Source: Clostridia bacterium (GTDB lineage Bacteria > Bacillota > Clostridia > Oscillospirales > CAG-272). From it: a stretch of 49,541 nt of DNA. Of the stretch, positions 9,657 through 17,814 are shown piece by piece. A program made the translations under genes and the position numbers. The first letter of the stretch is position 1. The number at the start of each line of letters is the position of its first letter. Location: assembly GCA_017483125.1 (NCBI GenBank), contig JAFULU010000283.1:1-49541 (forward strand), in the 5' to 3' direction. The notes below the pieces were generated by a model. That model was not told where the DNA came from. It saw nothing but the letters and a program-made list of their open reading frames with translations, and did not search any database.

Positions 9657-9888
9657 GCCATTCCCCGCGCAAACTGCGCGGGGAATGGCTAAATGCAAAA
9701 TGCAAAGTGCAAAATGCAAAATCAAGGAACGAGAGAACAACTGCGCAGGGCTTAACGGAAACCATGTTATTCTTTTGGGGAACAATACTTTTTGGGATAT
9801 TATCCCACAAAATATTACCATAAAATCGGCTTTCGCGTCAGCGAAAGGCTTCCACAATTTTGCATTTTGCATTTTGCCTTTTGCAGTT
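9657..9888. repeat. A-type palindromic heptamer-array element, (AATGCAA)n, preceded by a 14-bp GC hairpin
   Basis: Hairpin GCCATTCCCCGCGC-AAACT-GCGCGGGGAATGGC (9657-9689). Array AAATGCAAAATGCAAAGTGCAAAATGCAAAAT (9691-9722). Unique core. Inverse array ATTTTGCATTTTGCATTTTGCCTTTTGCAG (about 9857-9888). The core is homologous to that of 45278-45531 in the opposite orientation. Confidence 0.85.
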
Positions 9889-9920
9889 TCATACCATTTC
9901 ATTTTTCGGAGGATACATAT

Positions 9921-11387
9921 ATGTCTGAACAGCTTTCCCCCAAGAAGATCCTCTTCGTCGGCGCCGAGGTCATGCCCTTCGCCGCTACGGGCGGTCTTGG
10001 CGACGTCATGGGCTCCTTGCCCGCCGCTCTCCGCGCCAAGTACGGTGAGGACGCCGACGTCCGCGTGATCTGCCCTCTGTACGACAAGATCCCCGCCGCC
10101 ACCGTGGAGGCCATGAAGACCGAGGCCGTCTTCAACCTTCAGCTTTCGTGGCGCAACCAGTACTGCGGTATCCGCTCGCTGGTGAAGGACAACGTCACCT
10201 TCTACTTCGTGGACAACGAGTACTACTTCAAGAGAGGTGCTCTGTACGGTCACTTTGACGACGGCGAGCGCTACGCCTACTTCTGCCGCGCCGTGTTGGA
10301 GATGATGGAGAAGCTGGATTACTACCCCGACATTCTCCACGCCAACGACTGGCAGTCGGCTCTGTCAGTGGTCTACCTCAAGACCGAGTTCGGCTACCGC
10401 AACGAGAAGTACGCCGCCATCAAGACGGTGTTCACCATCCACAACATTGAGTATCAGGGTCAGTACGACTTCGCCGCCCTGCAGGACGTCTTCGGCATCG
10501 GTGCCGAGCACTACACCCTCATGGCCTACGACGGCTGTATCAACCTGGCCAAGGCCGCCGTGGAGTGCGCCGACCGCGTCACCACCGTGTCGCCCACCTA
10601 CGCCCAGGAGATCATGACCCCCACCTACTCCCACCGCCTCCACTTCATCCTGGCCCGCCACAGCCGCAAGGTCAGCGGTATCCTGAACGGCATTGACCAG
10701 GTCTACTACAACCCCGCCGCCGACAAGGAGATCCCCTTTGAGTTCACCGCCGAGGACACCACGGGCAAGACCCGTGACAAGCTGGCCTTCCAGAAGGAGT
10801 ACGGTCTTCCCGAGGACGCCGACGCCCCCATCATGGCGGTCATCTCCCGCCTCGCCGCCCACAAGGGCGTGGACATCATCGCGGGTATGCTCCGTCACGT
10901 GCTGGAGATCCACCCCAAGGCACAGTTCGTGGTGCTGGGTACGGGCGAGGGACAGTACGAGAGCTACTTCCGTCAGCTGGAGCGTGACTTCCCCGAGAGA
11001 GTCCGCGCCTTCATCACCTACAACCGCGCCCTGTCCAAGAAGATCTACGCCGCCGCTGACATCTTCCTCATGCCCTCCAAGTCCGAGCCCTGCGGTCTGT
11101 CCCAGATGATTGCCTGCCGCTACGGTACTGTCCCCGTGGTGCGTGAGACGGGCGGTCTGTACGACTCCATCAAGCCCTACTACGAGGACTGCAACGGTGC
11201 CCACGGCAACGGCTTCACCTTCGCCAACTACGAGGCCTCCGAGCTGGAGGAGCGCACCTGCGCCGCGCTGGAGCTGTATGAGCGCGAGCCCGAGAAGTTC
11301 GCCGCTCTGCGGTATCGCGCCCTGACCTCTGATTTCTCTTGGGATGCTTCGGCTGAGAAGTATATGGAGATGTATCAGAATATGTAA
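9921..11387 (+). CDS. glgA: glycogen synthase (ADP-glucose type)
   Basis: MSEQLSPKKILFVGAEVMPFAATGGLGDV is the canonical GlgA N-terminus (KxGGL motif). The ORF-track start at 9792 would translate the repeat element. The ATG at 9921 has GGAGGA upstream. Confidence 0.92.
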   Translation: MSEQLSPKKILFVGAEVMPFAATGGLGDVMGSLPAALRAKYGEDADVRVICPLYDKIPAATVEAMKTEAVFNLQLSWRNQYCGIRSLVKDNVTFYFVDNEYYFKRGALYGHFDDGERYAYFCRAVLEMMEKLDYYPDILHANDWQSALSVVYLKTEFGYRNEKYAAIKTVFTIHNIEYQGQYDFAALQDVFGIGAEHYTLMAYDGCINLAKAAVECADRVTTVSPTYAQEIMTPTYSHRLHFILARHSRKVSGILNGIDQVYYNPAADKEIPFEFTAEDTTGKTRDKLAFQKEYGLPEDADAPIMAVISRLAAHKGVDIIAGMLRHVLEIHPKAQFVVLGTGEGQYESYFRQLERDFPERVRAFITYNRALSKKIYAAADIFLMPSKSEPCGLSQMIACRYGTVPVVRETGGLYDSIKPYYEDCNGAHGNGFTFANYEASELEERTCAALELYEREPEKFAALRYRALTSDFSWDASAEKYMEMYQNM

Positions 11388-11399
11388 AGGAGATCCGAC

Positions 11400-12137
11400 A
11401 TGGATGTTCCATATGAGATCCGCAGGTTTCTTGCAGGTGAGACCGATATCGTCACCTTCCGCGAGTTGTACGACACCGATCCCGCCATCAATGATTTCCT
11501 GCAAGATCTGGTGGATGAGATCATCCGCTCGGGAGCGGAGTTTCCCGTCGTCAGGTACTACAACGAAGCGGGCGAGCTGAAGCATCAGAACCCGAACCTG
11601 CACTATTTCGCCCACCCCGTGGATGATCCGAGCTACCGGTACGGCAGCCGTTTGTACGAATCCGTGCGCACGTATCTGACCGAGGAATTCCGTATGCTGA
11701 CCCACAACGTCCGCACCGCCTCCGGGGCTTGGGAATTCTATCAGGGCATCTATGACCTGTTCGCCCTCTACGATACCACCGTCCCCTACCGCGATGAGGC
11801 TTACGAGGCCGCATTTGTCTTCGCGCTGGACGCCATTCCCGAATATTTGTCGGGCGGGGAATCCGAGATGTACATTCAGGAGCATATCATTCCCCGCTTC
11901 CCCGACACCATGCCCAAGGGCAAGCGGATCAAAGCCATCCGAGCCGCCATCAAGGAGGAATTCAAGTCTGAAAAGGGGTATCCCTGCTGGCTTCAGTCCT
12001 CCGAGTGGCCGTTGGGCAAGGACGGCAAGCCCGCCACCTACATCGGCAAGAAAAAGCTCCACGGCGGCGAGGCCGCTCGCTTCTCCTTCCGCGACGAAAG
12101 TGACGGAAGCATCATAGAAGTGGAGCAGTTCTATTAA
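11400..12137 (+). CDS. hypothetical protein (245 aa), no family recognised
   Basis: ORF starts 13 nt after glgA with RBS AAAGGAGA. It is acidic and cytoplasmic. I recognise no diagnostic motif. Confidence 0.5.
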   Translation: MDVPYEIRRFLAGETDIVTFRELYDTDPAINDFLQDLVDEIIRSGAEFPVVRYYNEAGELKHQNPNLHYFAHPVDDPSYRYGSRLYESVRTYLTEEFRMLTHNVRTASGAWEFYQGIYDLFALYDTTVPYRDEAYEAAFVFALDAIPEYLSGGESEMYIQEHIIPRFPDTMPKGKRIKAIRAAIKEEFKSEKGYPCWLQSSEWPLGKDGKPATYIGKKKLHGGEAARFSFRDESDGSIIEVEQFY

Positions 12138-12148
12138 ACCAAGGAAAC

Positions 12149-12185
12149 GAAGCGCTCAGCGGATAGTTGGGCGCTTTCTTTCATA
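12149..12185 (+). terminator. possible intrinsic terminator after the 11400-12137 gene
   Basis: AAGCGC...GCGCTT 6-bp stem with a long loop, followed by TTTCTTTC. Weak. Confidence 0.4.
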
Positions 12186-12250
12186 TATGCCCCGATCCGT
12201 GGCGGGAATGCGCCGATCGGGTGGTAGCATTCCACCGTTTTTTCATGTAT

Positions 12251-12450
12251 AATCAATGCAAAGTCTATAGGCGATTGCAAAATGCTTCAAATTTGGGTTT
12301 GTCGGGCTGTTTATTGGAGTGTCTTTTACCCCTCATCCGTCGCCCGCCGCACTTGCTGGGCGACGGATGAGGGGGCGGGTGCGGTTCTCATCCTGCTACA
12401 CCGATAAATCGCAATTCTCCGCAATTATGCAATCACCCAAATGCAAGATC
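12251..12450. repeat. degenerate member of the palindromic element family, with a perfect 17-bp GC stem
   Basis: Degenerate AATGCAA-like units (12254-12285). Terminal motif TTCAAATTTGGGTTTGTCGG (12286-12305). Stem CCCCTCATCCGTCGCCC (12329-12345) pairs with GGGCGACGGATGAGGGG (12358-12374). Inverse-like end CGATAAATCGCAATT...CCCAAATGCAAG (about 12403-12447). Confidence 0.6.
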
Positions 12451-12471
12451 TTTCAAAGGAGAACCCACACC

Positions 12472-12993
12472 ATGCTGATCTCACACAATATCGCCGTTTA
12501 CCGCAAGAGGGCCGGTATGTCCCAGGAAGACCTGGCCGAGCGGCTCCACGTCTCCCGCCAGACCGTTTCCAAATGGGAAACGGGGCAGTCCGCGCCCGAC
12601 CCCGAGACCGTCGTACAGCTTTCCCGCCTTTTCGGGATCACCACCGACCGTCTGCTCACGGAAGAGGCCCCCGCGCCGTTCCCCGAAGCACCGCCCTCCC
12701 CCGCGGAGGCTCCGCCCGTGACCAAAGCTCCCCTTTTGGACGCCCACGTGTTAGGGCGGTACGTCTTTTTGGGCATCCTGTTTCTGGGAGGCGTTCTCCT
12801 GCTGTTCATCCAACTGCTGTGCGCGCGTTGGGGGCTTTGGTTCGCAGACTGGTTCGATCTTCTGGTCTCGCTACTGATCGTACTGCTGTTGGTGGTTCCC
12901 CCGCTGGCGGTGGGGATCGGGTACGTTACGGCCAAGTGCCGCGGGGCGGTCTTACGGAGGAGGAACAGGCGGAAGGATAAAAACGAGCGGTAA
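12472..12993 (+). CDS. membrane-anchored XRE-family (HTH_3) transcriptional regulator
   Basis: MLISHNIAVYRKRAGMSQEDLAERLHVSRQTVSKWETGQSAP is a Cro/C1 HTH. A Pro/Ala linker and two C-terminal TM helices follow. AAAGGAG lies 10 nt upstream of the ATG at 12472. The ORF-track start at 12319 would read through the repeat hairpin. Confidence 0.8.
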   Translation: MLISHNIAVYRKRAGMSQEDLAERLHVSRQTVSKWETGQSAPDPETVVQLSRLFGITTDRLLTEEAPAPFPEAPPSPAEAPPVTKAPLLDAHVLGRYVFLGILFLGGVLLLFIQLLCARWGLWFADWFDLLVSLLIVLLLVVPPLAVGIGYVTAKCRGAVLRRRNRRKDKNER

Positions 12994-12996
12994 AGA

Positions 12997-13029
12997 AAAA
13001 CCTACCGACGAAAAATCGGTAGGTTTTCT
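12997..13029. terminator. bidirectional intrinsic terminator between the convergent XRE gene and GH13 gene
   Basis: CCTACCGA-CGAAAAA-TCGGTAGG stem-loop flanked by an A-run upstream and a T-run downstream, so it works on both strands. Confidence 0.85.
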
Positions 13030-13045
13030 GTATTCAGAAACAAAT

Positions 13046-14998
13046 TCAGCGCAAAACGCAGAAGCTATCCTCCCCCAGCGTCAGCACGCCGTCGGCGTAG
13101 GATACCTCGCCGCAGGAGTAGGCGATCTTCCCTGCCGTTTGGACGGGGACGGTCACCTCGCCCTCGCCGCGGTGGACGGCGATCACCACGCGGTCGCTTC
13201 CGTCTTGGGCTGCTCTCTCATAGGCGATATGGGTCTCGCCGTGGTGGAGGATCTTAAAGTCGCCGCCGTGGAAGGCTTTGGACTTGCGGAGGTCACCCAG
13301 GGCGCGGTAGTGGGTCAGCAGATCGGCGCGGGTGGGGTTATTCAGATCGTGCCAGGGGAAGGGGAAGCGGCAGAAGGGGTCGTGGTAGCCCTCCATGCCC
13401 ACCTCGTCGCCGTAGTAGACCGAGGGGATGCCGAAGACGGTGAACTGCAAAGTGGAAGCCAGCTTCAAAAGGCGGGCGGCCTTCTCTCGCTTTGCGGGGG
13501 AGAGGCGGGCGGTGGCTAATTCTTCGTTGGGGCGGTCGTAGTCCTCCCAATCGGAGCCGAGGACGGTCAGGATACGCTCGGTATCGTGGGTGCCGATGAG
13601 GTTCATGAGGGAATCCGACACGCTCCTGGGGTAGGAGGCGTAGAGCTCGGTGAGGGTGTGGTAGAGCATCTCGGCGTCACCGTCGCGGATGAAGGCCAGG
13701 ATGCCGGATCGGACGGGGTAGTTCATGACGCTGTCCAGCTGCTTACCCTGAAGGTAACGGCGGCGGTTGCCGTAGGCCACCTTATCGGCGGCGTTCTCCC
13801 AGACCTCTCCGATAATGACGGCGGGGCCGTCCTTGCGGTCTGCCGAAGCGTTCTTCACCGACACCCGCAGCTCGTCCAGAAACTCGTCGCATAGCTCGTC
13901 GGCCACGTCCAGACGCCAACCGCCGATGCCCTTTTTCACATAGTGGGCGCAGACGCCGTTCTCCCCTGTGAAGTAGCGGCGGCAGGCCTCGGTGCTATGG
14001 TTGAGCTTGGGGAGGATGGGGATGCCCCACCAGGATTCGTACTCGTCGGGGAATTTTCGGAAGCAGAACCACTTGTTGTAGGGAGAGTCCTCGGCCTGCA
14101 CCGCGCCGACGGTGGGGTAGAGGCCGTAGCGGTTGAAGTAGCGGCTATCGTCGCCCGTGTGGTTGAAGACGCCGTCCAGGACGATCTTCATGCCGTATTC
14201 GTTCGCCTTGGCGATGAGGTGATCCAGCGCGGGCTCGCCGCCAAATCCCCCGTCCACGGTCATATAATCACCCGTGTCGTATTTATGGTTGGAGTAGGCC
14301 TCGAAGATGGGGCTGAGGTAGATGACCTTGACACCGAGGGTGGCCAGGTAGTCCAGCTTTTCCGCCACGCCCCAGAGGTTGCCGCCGAAGTGGATATGGT
14401 TGGTGAGGTGGGCACCGGGGTAGGCGGGGTACTGGGGGATGCCTCCCTCCCAGTCGGGGTTGATCTCGGGGGCGCGAATGCCTGTACGGCGGTGGGTCTC
14501 GCCCTCACCGCGGCAGAAGCGATCCACGAAAACGTGGTACATGACCCCCTCCCCGAACCAGGCGGGGGCGGTATAGTCGGCCTCGTAGACCAGCATACGG
14601 AAGGCCGCGCCGTCCCGCTGAACGAGGTCGAAGTCCACGTTGTTGATGCTGTCGGTGAAGAGGGTATCGGCGTTGCGGACGAAAAGCAGACGGTAGTAGA
14701 ACAGGCCCGAGGGAGCTTTCCCGCAGAGGGCAGAGGTGTTCAGGGTCAGCTCGTAAGTGTCGGTGAGGGTATCCATGTCCTCGAAGACGAACTCAAAGGG
14801 AGTATCCTTGGCGGTACAACCGTCGCGGTTGAGGCGCAGGACCACAGCGGAGGCACCGAGGGTGCGGGGGCAGGTGACCACAAGGCGGACGGTCTCGCCC
14901 AAGGGGTGCGCCCCGAGGTGGGTGACGTCGCGGCCGTCGGCGGTGTATTTGCGGAAGGTGACGGTAGCGGGGGCGTCGAGGGGGAGTCTGGGAAGCAT
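13046..14998 (-). CDS. GH13 alpha-amylase family glycoside hydrolase (neopullulanase/cyclomaltodextrinase-like)
   Basis: Conserved GH13 regions DGVFNHTG, GWRLDVADE, EVWE and GTHDTER. I chose the ATG at 14998 (MLPRLPLD); the TTG at 15034 lies inside the repeat motif. Confidence 0.85.
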   Translation of the reverse strand: MLPRLPLDAPATVTFRKYTADGRDVTHLGAHPLGETVRLVVTCPRTLGASAVVLRLNRDGCTAKDTPFEFVFEDMDTLTDTYELTLNTSALCGKAPSGLFYYRLLFVRNADTLFTDSINNVDFDLVQRDGAAFRMLVYEADYTAPAWFGEGVMYHVFVDRFCRGEGETHRRTGIRAPEINPDWEGGIPQYPAYPGAHLTNHIHFGGNLWGVAEKLDYLATLGVKVIYLSPIFEAYSNHKYDTGDYMTVDGGFGGEPALDHLIAKANEYGMKIVLDGVFNHTGDDSRYFNRYGLYPTVGAVQAEDSPYNKWFCFRKFPDEYESWWGIPILPKLNHSTEACRRYFTGENGVCAHYVKKGIGGWRLDVADELCDEFLDELRVSVKNASADRKDGPAVIIGEVWENAADKVAYGNRRRYLQGKQLDSVMNYPVRSGILAFIRDGDAEMLYHTLTELYASYPRSVSDSLMNLIGTHDTERILTVLGSDWEDYDRPNEELATARLSPAKREKAARLLKLASTLQFTVFGIPSVYYGDEVGMEGYHDPFCRFPFPWHDLNNPTRADLLTHYRALGDLRKSKAFHGGDFKILHHGETHIAYERAAQDGSDRVVIAVHRGEGEVTVPVQTAGKIAYSCGEVSYADGVLTLGEDSFCVLR

Positions 14999-15029
14999 AT
15001 CGAAAGGTTCCTTTCGGTGGAGTGGGAGA

Positions 15030-15166
15030 TTCAAATTTGGGTTTATCGAAGAGATACAAGATACGGAGATACAAGATACAAGATATAGAACGGCTGTTGC
15101 CGTAAGGATATTTCATATCTTGTATCGGCCGAGCTTGCTCGGCGTGTATCTTGTAACTTGTATCTC
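15030..15166. repeat. terminal 19-mer plus B-type (GATACAA)n palindromic element
   Basis: TTCAAATTTGGGTTTATCG (15030-15048). Arm GAGATACAAGATACGGAGATACAAGATACAAGATAT (15051-15086). Inverse arm ATATCTTGTATC (15115-15126). GC hairpin GGCCGAGCTTGCTCGGC (15127-15143). Then GTGTATCTTGTAACTTGTATCTC (15144-15166). Confidence 0.85.
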
Positions 15167-15204
15167 GCAGTAAAACTGCAATTTCCAGTTATTCCAATGC
15201 CGAT

Positions 15205-15233
15205 ATTATACCACAAAACCCATATTCTGTCAA
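15205..15233 (-). promoter_or_regulatory. sigma-A type promoter for the GH13 gene
   Basis: Minus strand reads TTGACA-gaatatgggttttgtgg-TATAAT (17-nt spacer, TGg extended -10). This places the whole 15030-15166 repeat inside a roughly 200-nt 5' leader. Confidence 0.7.
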
Positions 15234-15254
15234 CAAAATCCCCGAAAATCACGC

Positions 15255-15287
15255 AAGGGTGGCGCACCTGTACGGTGAACCACCCTT
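15255..15287 (-). terminator. probable glgP terminator hairpin
   Basis: AAGGGTGG...CCACCCTT 8-bp stem 12 nt after the glgP stop. The U-tract on the glgP strand is short (ATTTTC). Confidence 0.5.
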
Positions 15288-15298
15288 TTGTATGGGAT

Positions 15299-17728
15299 TT
15301 AGTGAATGGGCTTGATGTGCCAGAAGCGGTCGGCGTACTCACGGATGGAGCGGTCGGCGGCGAAATGGCCGGATGCGGCGGTGTTGAGCAGGGCCATGCG
15401 GGTCCACTTGGCGCGGTCGCTGTAGGCCTTGATGCAGGCCTCGTGAGCCAGGCGGTAGGACTCGAAGTCAGCCAGGCACATATAGGGGTCGGCCACGCCC
15501 TGACCGTTCAGGAGGTAGGTGGTGATGTCCGCGAAGGACTCGCCGCCAAAGCCGATGTTCAGAGCGGCCATGATGCGGCCCAGACGGTTGTTGTTGCTGT
15601 AGAACTCGGCAGAACGGTAGCCGCGGAGCCAGAGCTGCTCCACCTCGGCGGCGGTGAGGCCGAAGATGAACATATTCTCCTCGCCCACGGCGGCCTGCAT
15701 CTCCACGTTGGCACCGTCCAAAGTACCGAGAGTGATGGCACCGTTCATCATGAGCTTCATACAGCCCGTACCGCTGGCCTCCTTGCCCGCCAGAGAGATC
15801 TGCTCCGAGATGTCGGCGGAGGGAACCAGGATCTCGGCGGTGGAGACGTCGTAGTTCTCTAAGAACACCACGTTCAGCTTCTCGCGGATGCGGGGAGAGG
15901 CGTTGATCTCCTTCTGGAGCATACACAGAAGCTGGATGATGCGCTTGGCCATCTGGTAGCCGGGAGCGGCCTTGGCACCGAAGATGAAGGTCTGGGGACG
16001 GATATCCAGATCGGGGTTATCCTTGAGATCCAGATACATACCGATGATGTTCAGGGCGTTCAGCAGCTGGCGCTTGTACTCGTGGAGGCGCTTGATCTGG
16101 ACGTCGAAGACGGCGTGGGTATCCAGACGGATGCCTGCCTTGCGGTAGAGGTGGTTGGAGAAGTTCTCCTTGTTCTCATGCTTGATGGCACGGAAGCGCT
16201 CCAGCACCTCGGGGTCGTCGGCGAACTTGGCGAACTCGGCAAGCTCCACGGGGTTCTTGCGGTAGCCCGTGCCGATGGTCTCGTCCAGAAGACCTGCCAG
16301 CTCGGGGTTGGAGTAGCACAGCCAGCGGCGGTGGGCGATACCGTTGGTGACGTTATCGAAGCGGCCGGGGTACATACGGTAGAAGTCCTTGAAGACGCTG
16401 TCCTTCAGGATGGTGGAGTGGAGCTTGGACACGCCGTTGACCGAATGGGAGCCGATGACCGCCAGGTTGGCCATGCGGACCTGGCCGTAGCCGATGATGG
16501 CCATCTTGGAGAGACGGGGCCAGTTGCCGGGGAAGACCTGCCATGCCTCACGGCTGAAGCGCTCGTTGATCTCCTTGATGATGGCATAGATGCGGGGGAG
16601 CTTCAGGCGGAAGAGGTCCTCGTTCCAGGTCTCCAGAGCCTCGGGCATGACGGTGTGGTTGGTGTAGGAGCAGATCTCCTTGACCATATCCCAGGCGCGG
16701 TCCCAGGGATAGAAGTACTCGTCCACCAGGATACGCATGAGCTCGGGGATGCAGAGGGTGGGGTGGGTGTCGTTGAGGTGGATAGCCACCTTATCGGCCA
16801 GATTGTCCAGGGTACCGTAGACCGCCATGTGGTCGCGGATGATGGACTGGACCGAGGCGGAGCAGAGGAAGTACTGCTGGGTCAGGCGCAAAAGCTTACC
16901 CTCGGTGTGGTTGTCGGCGGGGTAGAGCACCTTGGAGATGGCGTCGGCGTTGGTGGCCTCCTCCATGGCGCGGGCGTACTGGCCCTGGGAGAACAGGCCC
17001 ATGTTGAAGTTCTGGATGCTTCTGGCCTTCCAGAGACGGAGACGGGACACGCCCTCGGAATCGGCGCCCGAGATCATCATGTCGTAGGGCACGGCCTCCA
17101 GCTCCTCGGCGTCCTCGTAGATGACCTCCATGCGGCCATCGGGCTTCCACTCCTCGCGGATGCGGCCGCCGAAGCGGACCTTGAAGACGCGGTCGGTACG
17201 GGGCACCAGCCAGACGTCACCGCCGGGGAGCCAGACGTCGGGGAGCTCCACCTGGATGCCGTCCACGATCTTCTGCTTGAAAAGACCGTACTCGTAGCAG
17301 AGGGAGAAGCCGGTGGCGGGGTAGTCCAGGGAGGACAGGGAGTCCATGAAGCAGGCGGCGAGACGGCCCAGACCGCCGTTGCCCAGACCCGCGTCGGGCT
17401 CGCACTCGTAGAGGTCGTCCAGGGTATAGCCCATGGCGGACAGGGCCTCGGTGTACTCCTTGTCAAGGCCCAGGTTGCAGACGTTGGTCTTCAGGGAGCG
17501 GCCCAGCAAAAACTCCATGCACATATAGTAGACGCGCTTGCCCCCTGCCTGGTTGACCTTCTTCTTGAAGGAGCCGCGCTTCTCGGTGAGAATGTCGCGG
17601 ATGGTCATGGCGGTAGCCTTGTACATCTGGTCCTTGGAGGCCTCGGCGGCGGTGCAGCCGAAGAAACGGGAGAGCTTGATCTCAAGATTTTCCTTGATTT
17701 CGGCCGCGGTAGGTTTGCAGTTGGTCAT
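15299..17728 (-). CDS. glgP: glycogen/maltodextrin phosphorylase
   Basis: 809 aa. GT35 hallmarks include the pyridoxal-phosphate region EASGTGCMKLMMNG (the K is the PLP lysine) and YYMCMEFLLGR. Confidence 0.93.
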   Translation of the reverse strand: MTNCKPTAAEIKENLEIKLSRFFGCTAAEASKDQMYKATAMTIRDILTEKRGSFKKKVNQAGGKRVYYMCMEFLLGRSLKTNVCNLGLDKEYTEALSAMGYTLDDLYECEPDAGLGNGGLGRLAACFMDSLSSLDYPATGFSLCYEYGLFKQKIVDGIQVELPDVWLPGGDVWLVPRTDRVFKVRFGGRIREEWKPDGRMEVIYEDAEELEAVPYDMMISGADSEGVSRLRLWKARSIQNFNMGLFSQGQYARAMEEATNADAISKVLYPADNHTEGKLLRLTQQYFLCSASVQSIIRDHMAVYGTLDNLADKVAIHLNDTHPTLCIPELMRILVDEYFYPWDRAWDMVKEICSYTNHTVMPEALETWNEDLFRLKLPRIYAIIKEINERFSREAWQVFPGNWPRLSKMAIIGYGQVRMANLAVIGSHSVNGVSKLHSTILKDSVFKDFYRMYPGRFDNVTNGIAHRRWLCYSNPELAGLLDETIGTGYRKNPVELAEFAKFADDPEVLERFRAIKHENKENFSNHLYRKAGIRLDTHAVFDVQIKRLHEYKRQLLNALNIIGMYLDLKDNPDLDIRPQTFIFGAKAAPGYQMAKRIIQLLCMLQKEINASPRIREKLNVVFLENYDVSTAEILVPSADISEQISLAGKEASGTGCMKLMMNGAITLGTLDGANVEMQAAVGEENMFIFGLTAAEVEQLWLRGYRSAEFYSNNNRLGRIMAALNIGFGGESFADITTYLLNGQGVADPYMCLADFESYRLAHEACIKAYSDRAKWTRMALLNTAASGHFAADRSIREYADRFWHIKPIH

Positions 17729-17814
17729 ATCAGTATTCTCTTTCTTTGTTTGGTTTCGGGGATACGGTTAGTATTTGTATGCGGGGGGAATATTAAACAT
17801 GAATGAGGAAAAGG

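Noticed and set aside
9657-9689. 14-bp GC hairpin after glgD as a canonical intrinsic terminator
   Set aside because: There is no U-tract on either strand, glgA follows in the same operon, and the hairpin is contiguous with the repeat element. I treated it as part of the element.
9691-9722. Heptamer tandem arrays considered as a CRISPR array (also 45307-45343 and 7147-7180)
   Set aside because: The repeat unit is only 7 nt, there are no spacers, and no cas genes are present. Each array is paired with an inverted copy, which does not fit CRISPR.
9792-9920. N-terminal extension of glgA suggested by the ORF track. Similar upstream extensions occur at 12319-12471 (XRE-TM), 33003-33065, 43554-43640 (rny), 46625-46783 (mreB), 41380-41427 (LRR), 49061-49102 (recD2) and 23522-23545.
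   Set aside because: The extensions translate repeat or intergenic sequence, start at non-ATG codons or lack an RBS. Internal starts with good Shine-Dalgarno sequences reproduce the canonical family N-termini.
15030-15048. The conserved 19-mer as a shared promoter (-35/-10) for downstream minus-strand genes
   Set aside because: Its reverse complement offers a TTGAA(n) -35-like hexamer. A usable -10 at 16-18 nt is absent at the GH13, pepD, DUF4259-like and 49428 loci, and distances to the start codons vary from 31 to 65 nt. Only the divergent copy upstream of glgP has a plausible partner.
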